Below, piece by piece: positions 26,137-36,694 of a stretch of 64,000 nt of DNA (its first letter is position 1; each line of letters opens with the position of its first letter). A program made the translations under genes and the position numbers. This DNA comes from Clostridia bacterium (lineage in GTDB: Bacteria > Bacillota > Clostridia > Oscillospirales > Acutalibacteraceae). The notes beneath the pieces are model-generated. The model was not told the origin of the DNA. It was given only the letters and a program-made list of their open reading frames with translations, and made no database searches. Location: NCBI GenBank assembly GCA_017937865.1, contig JAGBCU010000009.1:7573-71572 (forward strand), read 5' to 3'.

Positions 26137-27416
26137 GTGAAAACAAAATAACTTATATTGAAAATGCCGTTTTAGGCGAGGGCTACTATAGCATTGAGCA
26201 TAAATCCGGCTTGAGAATTTTCGTTTATCCCAAAGAGGAATATACCTCAACCTATGCTGTTTTCGGTACAAAGTACGGCTCAATTGATACTCGTTTTAAA
26301 CGTAGCGATAGAGCTGATTTTATTGAAATTCCTGCAGGTACGGCTCATTTCCTTGAACACAAGCTTTTTGAAAGTGAAGAGCTTGATGCTTTCCAGAGAT
26401 ATGCAAAAACAGGAGCATCTGCAAACGCATATACAAGCTTTGACAGAACCTGCTACCTTTTTATGTGCACAGGTAATTTTAAAGAGAATTTCGAAATACT
26501 TCTTGACTTTGTAAGACATCCTTATTTTACTGAAGAAACAGTAAGAAAAGAGCAGGGAATTATCGGTCAGGAAATAGATATGTACAAGGATTCACCCGAA
26601 TGGGAATGCCTTTTCAATATGCTTTCAGCTATGTATCATAAGCATCCCGTAAGAATTGATATTGCAGGCACAAAGCAGTCAATTTCTGAGATTACGGCAG
26701 AAATGCTTTTCTCCTGCTATGATACCTTCTATAATCTTTCAAATATGGCTCTTGCAGTAGCAGGTAAAACTAACGTTGATAAGGTTTTAGAAATTGCTGA
26801 CAGACTTCTTGAAAAAGATGAGAAAGTTACTGTAGAAAGAGCCTTTGAAAAAGAGCCTGAAGCTGTAAAAGAGCATTATATTGAAGAAAATCTTCCTGTT
26901 GCAACACCCGTTTTTGCCTTCGGCTATAAAGAAAACGTTGAAGGTGATTGTTGCACACTTGAAGAGGAAATTGCTATGTCGCTCATACTCGATATTGCCG
27001 CAGGTCAAATTTCTTCGCTTTATAAAGAATTGCTTGACGAAGGTCTTATTAACGGAACCTTTTCAACAGAATTCTTTAACGGCTTTAATTATTCAGCACC
27101 TATATTTTCAGGTGAATCAACAGATCCCGAAAAGGTTTCTGAACGTATAAACGAAAGACTTCAGCAGTTGAAAAAATCAGGTATTACCTCAGAGGAGTTT
27201 GAAACAGTCAGAAAAAAACAGTACGGCAAAACCGTAAGGGCTTTTTCCGATATTGATACAGTAGCAAACGGTCTTGTGATTTCTCATTTTGAGGATGAAG
27301 AGTTATTCAGTGAATTTGAAGTAATAAAGAATCTTAAACTCGATTTTGTGAACGCTTTATTGAAAAAATCCTTTAACGAGGATAAGACCGTTCTTTCGGT
27401 TATCAAAAGCAAGTAA
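26133..27416 (+). CDS. M16-family zinc peptidase (catalytic subunit)
   Basis: Inverted zinc-binding motif HFLEH (in AGTAHFLEHKLFE). 427 aa. Confidence 0.8.
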   Translation: MSENKITYIENAVLGEGYYSIEHKSGLRIFVYPKEEYTSTYAVFGTKYGSIDTRFKRSDRADFIEIPAGTAHFLEHKLFESEELDAFQRYAKTGASANAYTSFDRTCYLFMCTGNFKENFEILLDFVRHPYFTEETVRKEQGIIGQEIDMYKDSPEWECLFNMLSAMYHKHPVRIDIAGTKQSISEITAEMLFSCYDTFYNLSNMALAVAGKTNVDKVLEIADRLLEKDEKVTVERAFEKEPEAVKEHYIEENLPVATPVFAFGYKENVEGDCCTLEEEIAMSLILDIAAGQISSLYKELLDEGLINGTFSTEFFNGFNYSAPIFSGESTDPEKVSERINERLQQLKKSGITSEEFETVRKKQYGKTVRAFSDIDTVANGLVISHFEDEELFSEFEVIKNLKLDFVNALLKKSFNEDKTVLSVIKSK

Positions 27417-27463
27417 ATGAGCATAAAACAGGGGGTAACCCCTTACATATTAGGAGTGTTATT

Positions 27464-28507
27464 ATGGAATGGTTTGCAGATTTTGCGAGGGTTTCATTTG
27501 GCGGAATAGAAAAGGTTTTTGACGTTTCGTCTGTGTTTTGTGAATTCAACTTAGGCGGTAATTTCATTCAGATAAAATGGTACGGTGTTATTATAGCCTT
27601 TGGCTTTATTCTTGCTGCTCTTTTCGGTGGCAGAATTGCTTACACATGGCGAATGGATCTTTCAAAAATGATTGATGTTCTTATTTACGGAACGTTTGGC
27701 GGAATTATAGGTGCGAGAGCATATTACGTTATTTTTGAGTGGGATTACTATAGGCTTAATCCTGCGGAAATTTTCCAGATATGGAATGGCGGTCTTGCAA
27801 TTTACGGCGGTATTATAGGCGGTCTTATTGCAGCCTTTATAACCTGTAAAATTGAAAAGCTTAACTTTATGAATTTGCTTGATTTGGTTGGTATGAGTCT
27901 TCTTATCGGTCAAGGTATCGGAAGATGGGGGAACTACGCAAATCAAGAGGCTTTCGGTACTTTTACAAACGGAAATTACGGTATGATGAGTAAAAAGGTA
28001 GCGGCTTACGTTGCTATGAATCCCGATAAATTCGGTCTTGAGGGCGTATATGATATACCTGAATATATCGCCGAGAATAATTTGTACGTTCATCCTACCT
28101 TCTTCTATGAATTCGTATGGTGTATGGTAGGCTTCGGGCTTCTTTATCTGTGCCTTAAAAAATTCAGGAAATTCAGCGGTCAGCTTTTCCTCAGCTACGG
28201 TGTGTGGTACGGTTTAGGCAGAATGTTTATTGAGGGCTTGAGAACAGACAGCCTTTATATAGGCTCAACGGGTATCAGGGTATCTCAGCTTCTTTCTGCG
28301 GCAATTGTTTTAGTTTGCGGTGTTATTCTTGTCGGTATGCTCATCAAAGTTAAAAAGCATCCGGTTAAAATCGAAGGTGTCGATTATTTCCCTGCGGATG
28401 CCGCAAAAACCTTAAAAGAACGTAAGGCTGAAAAGCAGAAAAATCTTCCTAATAAATCAACATTTACAAAGAAAACAGAAGAAAAAGAGGATAAAGAAAA
28501 TGGCTGA
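27464..28507 (+). CDS. lgt: Prolipoprotein diacylglyceryl transferase
   Basis: WNGGLAIYGGIIGG and GRWGNYANQEAFG motifs, in a polytopic membrane protein. Confidence 0.9.
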   Translation: MEWFADFARVSFGGIEKVFDVSSVFCEFNLGGNFIQIKWYGVIIAFGFILAALFGGRIAYTWRMDLSKMIDVLIYGTFGGIIGARAYYVIFEWDYYRLNPAEIFQIWNGGLAIYGGIIGGLIAAFITCKIEKLNFMNLLDLVGMSLLIGQGIGRWGNYANQEAFGTFTNGNYGMMSKKVAAYVAMNPDKFGLEGVYDIPEYIAENNLYVHPTFFYEFVWCMVGFGLLYLCLKKFRKFSGQLFLSYGVWYGLGRMFIEGLRTDSLYIGSTGIRVSQLLSAAIVLVCGVILVGMLIKVKKHPVKIEGVDYFPADAAKTLKERKAEKQKNLPNKSTFTKKTEEKEDKENG

Positions 28508-29342
28508 AATAATATGCGGTAAAACTGTTTCCGCTGCAAAAAGGCTTGATATAAAAAATCGAGTAGAGGAGCTTAAAAATAAAGGTATTACCACGGGTCT
28601 TGCAGTTATCATTGTGGGTAATAACAGTGCTTCAAGAGTTTACGTAAATAATAAAAAGAAGGCTTGCGAAGAGGTTGGTATTGAGTCTTTTGAATTTGCA
28701 TTACCCGAAGAAACAACACAAGAGGAGCTCCTCAATTTGATTGATAAGCTTAATAATGACAGTAAGGTTGACGGAATTCTTTGTCAATTACCTTTACCCT
28801 CTCATATAGACGAGCAGGCGGTAATTAATTCTATTGACCCGAAAAAAGACGTAGATGCTTTTCACCCCGAAAACGTTGGTCATATTATGATTGGCGACTA
28901 TACCTTTTTGCCTTGCACTCCTGCAGGAATAATGGAAATGCTCAAGTTCTATAACATTGACGTTAAGGGTAAAAAATGTGTTGTTATCGGAAGAAGTAAC
29001 ATTGTAGGAAAGCCTATGGCTATGCTTCTTTTAAAAGAAAACGGTACAGTTGAAATATGCCACTCAAGAACAGAAAATCTTAAAGAGGAAACTCTTACTG
29101 CCGACATTCTTGTTGCGGCGGTAGGTAAAGCGTATTTCGTTACCGAGGATATGGTAAAGGATGGCGCCGTTGTTATCGACGTCGGTATGAACAGAAATGA
29201 TGAAGGTAAGCTTTGCGGTGACGTTGATTTTGATAACGTAAAGGAAAAGGCGAGCTTTATAACACCTGTTCCCGGCGGTGTAGGTCCTATGACTATAACA
29301 ATGCTTCTTGAAAATACGGTTAGAGCTGCATCACAGAAATAA
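28500..29342 (+). CDS. folD: Bifunctional methylenetetrahydrofolate dehydrogenase/methenyl-THF cyclohydrolase
   Basis: LAVIIVGNNSASRVYVNNKKKACEEVGI, GILCQLPLP, GRSNIVGKPMAMLL and PVPGGVGPMTI motifs. Confidence 0.95.
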   Translation: MAEIICGKTVSAAKRLDIKNRVEELKNKGITTGLAVIIVGNNSASRVYVNNKKKACEEVGIESFEFALPEETTQEELLNLIDKLNNDSKVDGILCQLPLPSHIDEQAVINSIDPKKDVDAFHPENVGHIMIGDYTFLPCTPAGIMEMLKFYNIDVKGKKCVVIGRSNIVGKPMAMLLLKENGTVEICHSRTENLKEETLTADILVAAVGKAYFVTEDMVKDGAVVIDVGMNRNDEGKLCGDVDFDNVKEKASFITPVPGGVGPMTITMLLENTVRAASQK

Positions 29343-29428
29343 TCTTTCCGTTATCTATAAAAACAGTCTTTCTATTTTTAGGATTACACCTAAAAATTGT
29401 GCTGTTTTTGCTAAAAATAGTAATAATG

Positions 29429-29474
29429 AATCACCTTTTATTGTTTGTAGTTTTCTTGACAATAAAGGGTGATT
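29429..29474. promoter_or_regulatory. 15-bp inverted repeat (14/15 match) spanning the -35 box of the uxuA operon promoter
   Basis: AATCACCTTTTATTG (29429-29443) pairs with CAATAAAGGGTGATT (29460-29474). The promoter is TTGACA 29456-29461, a 17-nt spacer, then TATAAT 29479-29484. A tandem TGTATGAAA repeat follows just downstream. Confidence 0.45.
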
Positions 29475-29572
29475 ATTTTATAATGAGTTTGTATGAAATT
29501 TGTATGAAAATGAATAATTTTCACACATTATTTATGATGATTCCAAATTGAAGATTTTTGGAGGCAAAAATT

Positions 29573-30631
29573 ATGAAAATGAAACTTTCTTTCCGTTGGT
29601 ACGGTGATACCGACCCTGTTTCTCTTAAGTATATTTCTCAGATTCCGGGTATGAGGTCTATCGTTAGTGCGGTTTATGACGTTAAGCCCGGCGAGGTATG
29701 GCCCGAAGAAGCACTTAAAGCAATGAAAGAACAGTGTGAAAGCAACGGTCTTGTTTTTGACGTTGTTGAATCAATTCCTGTTCATGAGGATATTAAGTTA
29801 GGTAAGCCTGATGCTGACCGTCTTCTTGACGTTTATTGCGAAAATATAAGACGCTGTGCAAAATACGGCGTTAAATGTGTAACCTATAACTTTATGCCTG
29901 TTTTTGACTGGACCCGTACCCAGCTCGATAAAGAAGCAAAGGACGGCTCTACAAGTCTTGTTATGTATTGGGAGCAGATGAAAGGTCTTGACCCTCTTAA
30001 AGACGACATCCATCTTCCCGGTTTGGACTCAAGCTACACACAGGAAGAGGTTCGTGAGCTTATTTCTGCTTACGGTGAAATCGGTGAAGAAGGTCTTTGG
30101 AAGAATCTTGAAAGATTCCTTAAAAAAGTTATCCCCGTTGCCGAAGAGTGCGGTGTGAGAATGGCTATTCATCCCGATGATCCCCCTTATCCCATTTTCG
30201 GTCTTCCCAGAATAATTACTTGTGAAGAAAATCTCGACCGTATGCTTTCAATTGTTGACAGTCCTGCAAACTCACTTTGTCTTTGCACGGGTAGCCTTGG
30301 CTGTGCTGAAAGCAACGATGTTCCCAAAATGGTTGAAAAATATGCAAAGGCAGACAGAATTGCATTTATGCATATAAGAAACGTTAAGATTCTTGAGGAT
30401 GGTTCATTTGAAGAAAGAGCTCATCTTTCAAGCTGCGGTTCACTTGATATTTATAAGATAGTAAAAGCACTTGCTGATAATGATTTTGACGGCTATGTTC
30501 GTCCTGACCACGGTAGAATGATTTGGGGCGAAACAGGCAAACCCGGCTACGGTCTTTTTGACAGAGCCTTGGGCGCAGCTTACATCAACGGTCTTTTTGA
30601 AGCTTGTGAAAAAGAAAAGGAGTCAAACTGA
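29573..30631 (+). CDS. uxuA: Mannonate dehydratase
   Basis: MKLSFRWYG...DPV N-terminus and overall UxuA-like sequence. GGAGG RBS before the ATG at 29573. Confidence 0.85.
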   Translation: MKMKLSFRWYGDTDPVSLKYISQIPGMRSIVSAVYDVKPGEVWPEEALKAMKEQCESNGLVFDVVESIPVHEDIKLGKPDADRLLDVYCENIRRCAKYGVKCVTYNFMPVFDWTRTQLDKEAKDGSTSLVMYWEQMKGLDPLKDDIHLPGLDSSYTQEEVRELISAYGEIGEEGLWKNLERFLKKVIPVAEECGVRMAIHPDDPPYPIFGLPRIITCEENLDRMLSIVDSPANSLCLCTGSLGCAESNDVPKMVEKYAKADRIAFMHIRNVKILEDGSFEERAHLSSCGSLDIYKIVKALADNDFDGYVRPDHGRMIWGETGKPGYGLFDRALGAAYINGLFEACEKEKESN

Positions 30632-30632
30632 T

Positions 30633-31274
30633 ATGAACGAAATGAATCAAAAAATCTCCGCTATCGGTGTTGTACCGGTAATTAAGCTTAACAATCCCGA
30701 AAGAGATGCAGCACCTCTCGCTAAAGCTCTTTGCGATGGTGGTGTTCCCGTTGCTGAGGTTACGTTCCGTGCAGCAGGTGCGGATAAAGCAATTGCACTT
30801 ATGAAAGAGGCTTGCCCGGATATGCTTGTTGGTGCAGGTACAGTTCTTACAACAGAGCAGGTTGATAAAGCAATTTCTGCAGGTGCAGAGTTTATAGTAA
30901 CTCCCGGCTTTGACCCTGAAATAGTAGCATACTGTAAAGAAAAAAATATGCCTATTTACCCCGGTTGCACAACACCTACAGATTATCATGCAGCTCTTAA
31001 ATTTGACCTTGAGGTTCTTAAGTTCTTCCCCGCTGAGCAGTCAGGCGGTCTTTCAAAAATCAAGGCTATGAGCGCTCCGTTCCCTATGTTTAAAATTATG
31101 CCTACAGGCGGTATTTCTCTTAACAATCTTAAAGAATATCTTTCTGCACCTCAAATTGCCGCTTGCGGTGGCTCTTATATGGTTACAGCAGAGCTTATTG
31201 ATTCACAGAATTGGGCAGAGATTACAGAGCTTTGCCGTAAATCAGTTGAAATAGTTAAGGAGGCACGTAAATAA
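30633..31274 (+). CDS. eda: 2-dehydro-3-deoxyphosphogluconate (KDPG) aldolase
   Basis: GVVPVIKL, VAEVTFR, GAGTVL and FKIMPTGGI motifs (Schiff-base lysine region FFPA...). 213 aa from the ATG at 30633. Confidence 0.85.
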   Translation: MNEMNQKISAIGVVPVIKLNNPERDAAPLAKALCDGGVPVAEVTFRAAGADKAIALMKEACPDMLVGAGTVLTTEQVDKAISAGAEFIVTPGFDPEIVAYCKEKNMPIYPGCTTPTDYHAALKFDLEVLKFFPAEQSGGLSKIKAMSAPFPMFKIMPTGGISLNNLKEYLSAPQIAACGGSYMVTAELIDSQNWAEITELCRKSVEIVKEARK

Positions 31275-32296
31275 TGGCTAAGGTAGTTACATTCGGCGAA
31301 ATTATGCTTCGTCTTGCACCTAACGGATATTATCGTTTTTTTCAGAATGACCAGATGCAGGCAACCTTCGGTGGCGGTGAAGCTAACGTAAGCGTATCAC
31401 TTGCAAATTACGGCTTTGAAAGTGCTTTCGTAACAAAGCTTCCCTCACACGCTATCGGTCAGGCAGCTATAGATTCTCTCCGTTATTTCGGCGTTGATAC
31501 CTCAAAGGTTGTAAGAGGCGGTGAAAGGGTAGGTATTTACTATCTTGAAAAAGGTGCTTCTCAGAGAGGCTCAGTTTGCATTTATGACCGTAAGTATTCC
31601 TCAATTCAGCAGGCACAGCCTGAGGATTTCGATTGGGACGATATTTTCGAGGGTGCTGATTGGTTCCACTTCACAGGTATTACTCCCGCATTAGGTGAAA
31701 ACCTTGTTGAAATCTGCCGTCAGGCTTGTAAAGCTGCAAAGGCTAAAGGTGTTAAAATATCCTGTGACCTTAACTACAGAGGTAAGCTATGGACTCGTGA
31801 GCAGGCAAGAGTGGCTATGACAGACCTTTGTCAGTACGTTGACGTTTGCATTTCAAATGAAGAAGATGCTAAAGATGTTTTTGGTATTGAAGCAGAGGAT
31901 ACCGATATTTACGGCGGTAAGCTTAACCACGACGGCTACAAATCTGTTGCAAAACAGCTTATGGAGAAATTCGGCTTCGAAAAGGTTGCTATTACCTTAA
32001 GGACGTCAATTTCTGCAAGTGATAACGATTGGGCAGGTATGCTTTACGACGGCGAAAATTACTGCTTCTCAAAGTCATATCATCTCCATATTGTTGACCG
32101 TGTTGGTGGCGGTGACTCATTCGGTGGCGGTCTTATTTACGCTATCCTTTCAGGTAAATCAACTCAGGAAGCTATTGAGTTTGCTGTTGCTGCATCGGCT
32201 CTTAAGCATTCAGTTGAAGGCGACTTTAACCGTGTAAGCGTTTCAGAGGTTGAAAAGCTTGCAGGTGGTGACGGCTCAGGTCGAGTTCAAAGATAA
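31274..32296 (+). CDS. kdgK: 2-dehydro-3-deoxygluconokinase (PfkB family)
   Basis: VVTFGEIMLRL N-terminus and the C-terminal VDRVGGGDSFGGGLIY PfkB signature. It lies in an operon with uxuA and eda. Confidence 0.85.
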   Translation: MAKVVTFGEIMLRLAPNGYYRFFQNDQMQATFGGGEANVSVSLANYGFESAFVTKLPSHAIGQAAIDSLRYFGVDTSKVVRGGERVGIYYLEKGASQRGSVCIYDRKYSSIQQAQPEDFDWDDIFEGADWFHFTGITPALGENLVEICRQACKAAKAKGVKISCDLNYRGKLWTREQARVAMTDLCQYVDVCISNEEDAKDVFGIEAEDTDIYGGKLNHDGYKSVAKQLMEKFGFEKVAITLRTSISASDNDWAGMLYDGENYCFSKSYHLHIVDRVGGGDSFGGGLIYAILSGKSTQEAIEFAVAASALKHSVEGDFNRVSVSEVEKLAGGDGSGRVQR

Positions 32297-32408
32297 TTTG
32301 TTTTTAGAATTAAAAGTGAAACTGTCTTATGGCATAATTCACATAAAACAGTATTAAAATTTGTATAGTTTTAAAGTTTTAAAACGCTCTCGGGAAGCCT
32401 TAGTTTGC

Positions 32409-32437
32409 TTGACAACCGAGGGCGTTTATATTATAAT
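32409..32437 (+). promoter_or_regulatory. Sigma-A-type promoter for the LRR surface protein gene
   Basis: TTGACA at 32409-32414, a 17-nt spacer, then TATAAT at 32432-32437. Confidence 0.5.
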
Positions 32438-32531
32438 GATTCTATCTATAAAGTGGATTTTTACGTAAATTTTACGGCGAATGTATTAACCCATTTTATC
32501 GAAAGAACTAAATGTGAAGGGACGTTGTTTT

Positions 32532-35500
32532 ATGACAGCATTCAAGAAACCCCTCTGCAGCATTTTGGCAATAGTGCTTGTATTTGTCTTTGTTGCAGCA
32601 GCTCCTATTTCGGTTTTCGCTGAAGATGAAGAAGTTACACTTTCAGCTCAGGAAATCGAATTAAACAAAAAAACCGACGGTGATTACGAATACATCAAGG
32701 TTGAAGCAGGTTCTGCGGTAGAAATTATCAAATATGTTGGTAATGATACTGAAGTTAAAATACCCGCAAAGATTAATAACTTAGACGTTATTACAGTTGG
32801 TGCAGGTTGCTTTGAGGGCAACTCCAAAATCACAAGCATCAGATTTAATAACAAAATCACTACAGTAAGAGATGCAGCATTTAAGGATTGTACAGCTCTT
32901 GTTGAAATAAAGAATACTAAGAATCTTACTTCATTAGGTGTATCTGCATTTGAAGGCTGTACAGCTCTTACAGAGTTTGAATATCCCGAATCAGTTACTG
33001 ATGTTCCCGAAAGATGCTTTGCAGGTTGTACTGCTCTTGAAACTATCGAAGAGCACAAAAACCTTAAAAACGTTGCAGTAGATGCTTTCGAGGGTACAGC
33101 TTGGGAAAAAGCAAAAGCAGAAGGTCCTCTTAACTTCGGTAGAATCCTTTACGGCTTTAAGGGTAAGGTTGCTGACGTAGTTGTTCCTGAAGACGTTGCT
33201 ATAATTGAAGACTATGTTTTCCTTGGTTGCGATTTTATTAAATCAGTTACCTTCAGTGACAGTGTTGAGGAAATCGGTCTTTATGCTTTCCAGAATTGTA
33301 CAAACCTTAAAAAGGTTACATTTGGCGAAGCTATGGGTATTGTTAATGCCGGTGCTTTCAAAGGCTGTTCAGCTCTTGAAGCGGTAGATTTTGAAGCAAC
33401 AACTCTTGCTACAATCGGTTACGAAGCATTTTACGGTTGTACTTCATTAAAAGACGTTAAGCTTTCAGAAACTCTTTCAGATATCGGTGACTTCGCATTC
33501 TGTAACACCGCATTCAAAACTGTTGAATTCGGCAAAAACGTTGCAAGTATAGGTCCTGATTCTTTCACAGGTAACATCGCTCTTGAAGAATTCGTTGTTG
33601 TAGGTAAAAACAAAGAATTTTCTGTTGAAGACGGCGTTCTTTATAACAAAAAGGGTAGCGCTCTCGTAAAATTCCCTGCAGGTAAAGCAGGTGAATTCCA
33701 GCTTCCTGACGGCGTTAACGAAATTAAAGAGGCAGCTTTCAAGCAGTCTTCTGTTACAAAGCTTGTAGTTTCTGAGAATTCAGAGTTAAATTATATTGCT
33801 GAATATGCTTTTGAAGATTCTGCATTAACAGAAATCGTTATTCCCGCAGCAGTTCAGAAAATTAACATTGCTACATTCAGAAATGCCAAAAACCTTAAAA
33901 ACGTTACATTTAATGACGGTCTTACATATATCGGAGCAGAAACTTTCTTAGGTTGTAAAGCTCTTGAAAACGTAACACTTCCCGACACACTTCACGATAT
34001 AGCTAATGCCGCATTCAAGGATGCAGGCATCAAAGTTTTAAAAACAGGTAACGGTCTTGCTAAAATCAATTCAAATGCTTTTGCAGGTAACCTTTCTCTT
34101 ACAGATGTAACTCTCGGTGCAAACGTTGAAAAGCTTGGCGATGCTGCTTTCGGTGGCTGTACAGCTCTTACAGCAGTTACTCTTCCTGCATCAATGAAAA
34201 ACTTCAGCGGTGCTTCATTCACAGGTTGCGATGCTCTCGTAAGTGTTACTGTTGACGAAGCAAGCACATACTTCAAAAATGTAGGTAGTGCTGTTTACTC
34301 TGCAGACGGTAAAACTCTCGTTCTTGCAGGTACAAAGAATGATACAAGCATAATTCTTGCAAACGGTACAGAAAAAATCGCTTCAGGTGCATTTGAACTT
34401 GCTACAAATATTGCTGAAATAAGCGTTCCCGAAACACTTGTAAAAATTGAAGATAAAGCTCTTAACAATACTGCTTGGTACAACAATGCAGACGGAGCAC
34501 TTTACGTTGGTAAGGTTCTTTACGAAGTAAAGGGCGATATGCCTTCACTTATCGTAACAGAAGGTACAGTTGCTATTGCTGACAATGCTGTTAACAATGC
34601 AAGTGTCACATCAGTTGTTCTTCCTCAGTCACTTAATAGAATCGGTAACGGTGCATTTAAGGGCTCAAGTATCACAACTGTTGCTATTCCCGAAAATACA
34701 AAATATATCGGTGCGAGTGCTTTTGAGGGTGTTGCTACTCTTGAAACAGTAACCCTTCCCGGTGGTCTTGAAGCAATTGGTACTGCAGCATTCAAGGATT
34801 GTACAGCTCTTAAAGCTATCGCTCTTCCTGAGGCTCTTAAGGTAGTTAATCCTGACGTATTCGCAGGTTGTTCAAGTCTTGCAGATGTTGAGTTTGCTCA
34901 CGTTGAAACAATCAGCAACTACGCATTTGGCGGTTGTACAGCTCTTAAATTAGCAAAGCTTCCTGCAACTCTCGTTGAACTTTCACCCCTCGCTTTCGTT
35001 GGTAGTGGTGTTGAAAACATCGAGGTTGACGGTGGCAACGCAAAGTATCAGTCGCTTGACGGTGTTGTTCTTGTTGCTAACGATGAGCTTGGCGAAGACG
35101 GTAAAGCTATTTTCGAAACAATTGCAGTTTATCCTGCAGGCAGAAAAGGCGAGTATAAAGTTCCCGCAACTGTTAAAAGAATCGCAGAAAAAGCTTTCTA
35201 TAACTGTGATAACCTTACAGCAATAATCTTTGAAGACGGTTTTGTTGATACAAAAGCAGAAGCATTCTTTGATTGTGATGCTATCACAACAATCTCAATG
35301 CCTGAAAGTGCCAGAGAAATCGGTGACCAGGCTTTCGCATCTTGCGACGAGCTTCGCGAATTTATCGTTTACTCTAACCTTACTGACTATGCTGACAACG
35401 CTTTCGAGGGCTGTAACTACTTTAACTATGATGCGGTTACAATCAAAGTTGAGGAAAGCTCAGCAACAATTCTTATAGTAGTTGTTCTTGTATTCGTTAT

Positions 35501-35651
35501 TATCGGTGCGGTATGGATGCTTGTTTACAGAAAGAAACAAAAGAAGATTCAGGCTGAAATTCTTGCAAAGGCTGAAAAGGACGAAGCAATGAAGCAGGCA
35601 AGAGAAAACCTTGCAAAAAAACAGCAGGAAACTGAAACAGTTAACGAATAA
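32532..35651 (+). CDS. BspA-type leucine-rich-repeat (LRR_5) surface protein with a C-terminal TM anchor and charged tail
   Basis: Signal peptide MTAFKKPLCSILAIVLVFVFVAAAPISVFA. More than 30 degenerate ~23-aa units of the form I..IG..AF.GC..L..V.LP. C-terminal ATILIVVVLVFVIIGAVWMLVY followed by a Lys/Glu-rich tail. Confidence 0.8.
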   Translation: MTAFKKPLCSILAIVLVFVFVAAAPISVFAEDEEVTLSAQEIELNKKTDGDYEYIKVEAGSAVEIIKYVGNDTEVKIPAKINNLDVITVGAGCFEGNSKITSIRFNNKITTVRDAAFKDCTALVEIKNTKNLTSLGVSAFEGCTALTEFEYPESVTDVPERCFAGCTALETIEEHKNLKNVAVDAFEGTAWEKAKAEGPLNFGRILYGFKGKVADVVVPEDVAIIEDYVFLGCDFIKSVTFSDSVEEIGLYAFQNCTNLKKVTFGEAMGIVNAGAFKGCSALEAVDFEATTLATIGYEAFYGCTSLKDVKLSETLSDIGDFAFCNTAFKTVEFGKNVASIGPDSFTGNIALEEFVVVGKNKEFSVEDGVLYNKKGSALVKFPAGKAGEFQLPDGVNEIKEAAFKQSSVTKLVVSENSELNYIAEYAFEDSALTEIVIPAAVQKINIATFRNAKNLKNVTFNDGLTYIGAETFLGCKALENVTLPDTLHDIANAAFKDAGIKVLKTGNGLAKINSNAFAGNLSLTDVTLGANVEKLGDAAFGGCTALTAVTLPASMKNFSGASFTGCDALVSVTVDEASTYFKNVGSAVYSADGKTLVLAGTKNDTSIILANGTEKIASGAFELATNIAEISVPETLVKIEDKALNNTAWYNNADGALYVGKVLYEVKGDMPSLIVTEGTVAIADNAVNNASVTSVVLPQSLNRIGNGAFKGSSITTVAIPENTKYIGASAFEGVATLETVTLPGGLEAIGTAAFKDCTALKAIALPEALKVVNPDVFAGCSSLADVEFAHVETISNYAFGGCTALKLAKLPATLVELSPLAFVGSGVENIEVDGGNAKYQSLDGVVLVANDELGEDGKAIFETIAVYPAGRKGEYKVPATVKRIAEKAFYNCDNLTAIIFEDGFVDTKAEAFFDCDAITTISMPESAREIGDQAFASCDELREFIVYSNLTDYADNAFEGCNYFNYDAVTIKVEESSATILIVVVLVFVIIGAVWMLVYRKKQKKIQAEILAKAEKDEAMKQARENLAKKQQETETVNE

Positions 35652-35672
35652 TCGTAATAACAAATAAATCCA

Positions 35673-35710
35673 AACGGAGATGCTTCAATTGGAGCATCTC
35701 CGTTAATTCT
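35673..35710 (+). terminator. Terminator hairpin
   Basis: AACGGAGATGCT (35673-35684) pairs with AGCATCTCCGTT (35693-35704). The T-tail is weak. Confidence 0.55.
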
Positions 35711-35801
35711 ATAGATAAATGAAATACTTAGAATGAAAAAGCATCTGATACAATAACTGTGTACCAGATGCTGTAGTTTTATTATAAATTTTTAAAAAAG
35801 C

Positions 35802-36662
35802 TTATACGCCTGAGTAAGCTGAGAAGCCACCGTCAACGGGAACAACTACGCCTGTAACAAATTTTGAGTAGTTTTCATCAGCGAGGAAGAGGAGCGTGCC
35901 TGTTAAATCTTCAGGAACACCAAATCTTCCGAGAGGTGTATGACCAAGAATTTTTTCGCTTCTGGGAGTAAGTGAACCATCCTCATTGTAAAGGAGTGCT
36001 TTGTTCTGGTTTGTAGAGAAGAAGCCGGGAGCAATTGCGTTAACTCTTAAGCCAACCTCAGAAAAGTGAACTGCCATAAATTGTGTGAAGTTTGAAATAG
36101 CAGCCTTAGCAGCTGAATAAGCAGGGATTTTTGTAAGAGGCTTATAAGAGTTCATTGAAGAAATATTAATTATAGTTGCATACTCTTTACCAATCATATC
36201 CTTTGCAAATACCTGTGTAGGAATAAGTGTGCCGAGGAAATTAAGATTGAAAACGAATTCGATACCTTTAGGGTCAAGGTCGAAGAAGGTTTTAACGTCT
36301 TCGGCTTTTTCAGTAAGGTCCTTAAGCTCGAATTTTTCTTTTGTTGTGTTACCGCTTGGGTGGTTACCACCGGCACCGTTAATAAGAATATCGCATTTAC
36401 CAAGCTTTTCGTTAATTTCGTTTCTTGCATTTTCAAGGCTTTCTTTTTCAAGAACATTACAAGCAACACCAATTGCTTCGAAGCCTTCAGCAATAATTTC
36501 GTCAGCAACCTTTTGAGCCGCTTCAAGTCTTAAATCAAGAATGGCAACCTTAACGCCTTGTCTTGCGAGGTCTTTTGCGAATCCACCGCAAAGAACACCG
36601 CCGCCACCTGTAACAACGGCAACTCTGCCTTTTAAGCTATCGTGTTTAAACATGATGTTCAC
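35802..36662 (-). CDS. Classical SDR oxidoreductase (UxuB-like; candidate D-mannonate/fructuronate oxidoreductase)
   Basis: VAVVTGGGGVLCG cofactor motif, NGAGG, and a YSAAK catalytic motif. The substrate is inferred only from the neighbouring hexuronate genes. Confidence 0.6.
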   Translation of the reverse strand: MNIMFKHDSLKGRVAVVTGGGGVLCGGFAKDLARQGVKVAILDLRLEAAQKVADEIIAEGFEAIGVACNVLEKESLENARNEINEKLGKCDILINGAGGNHPSGNTTKEKFELKDLTEKAEDVKTFFDLDPKGIEFVFNLNFLGTLIPTQVFAKDMIGKEYATIINISSMNSYKPLTKIPAYSAAKAAISNFTQFMAVHFSEVGLRVNAIAPGFFSTNQNKALLYNEDGSLTPRSEKILGHTPLGRFGVPEDLTGTLLFLADENYSKFVTGVVVPVDGGFSAYSGV

Positions 36663-36694
36663 TCCTGTATTTTAATTAATGATATTTTTAATGT

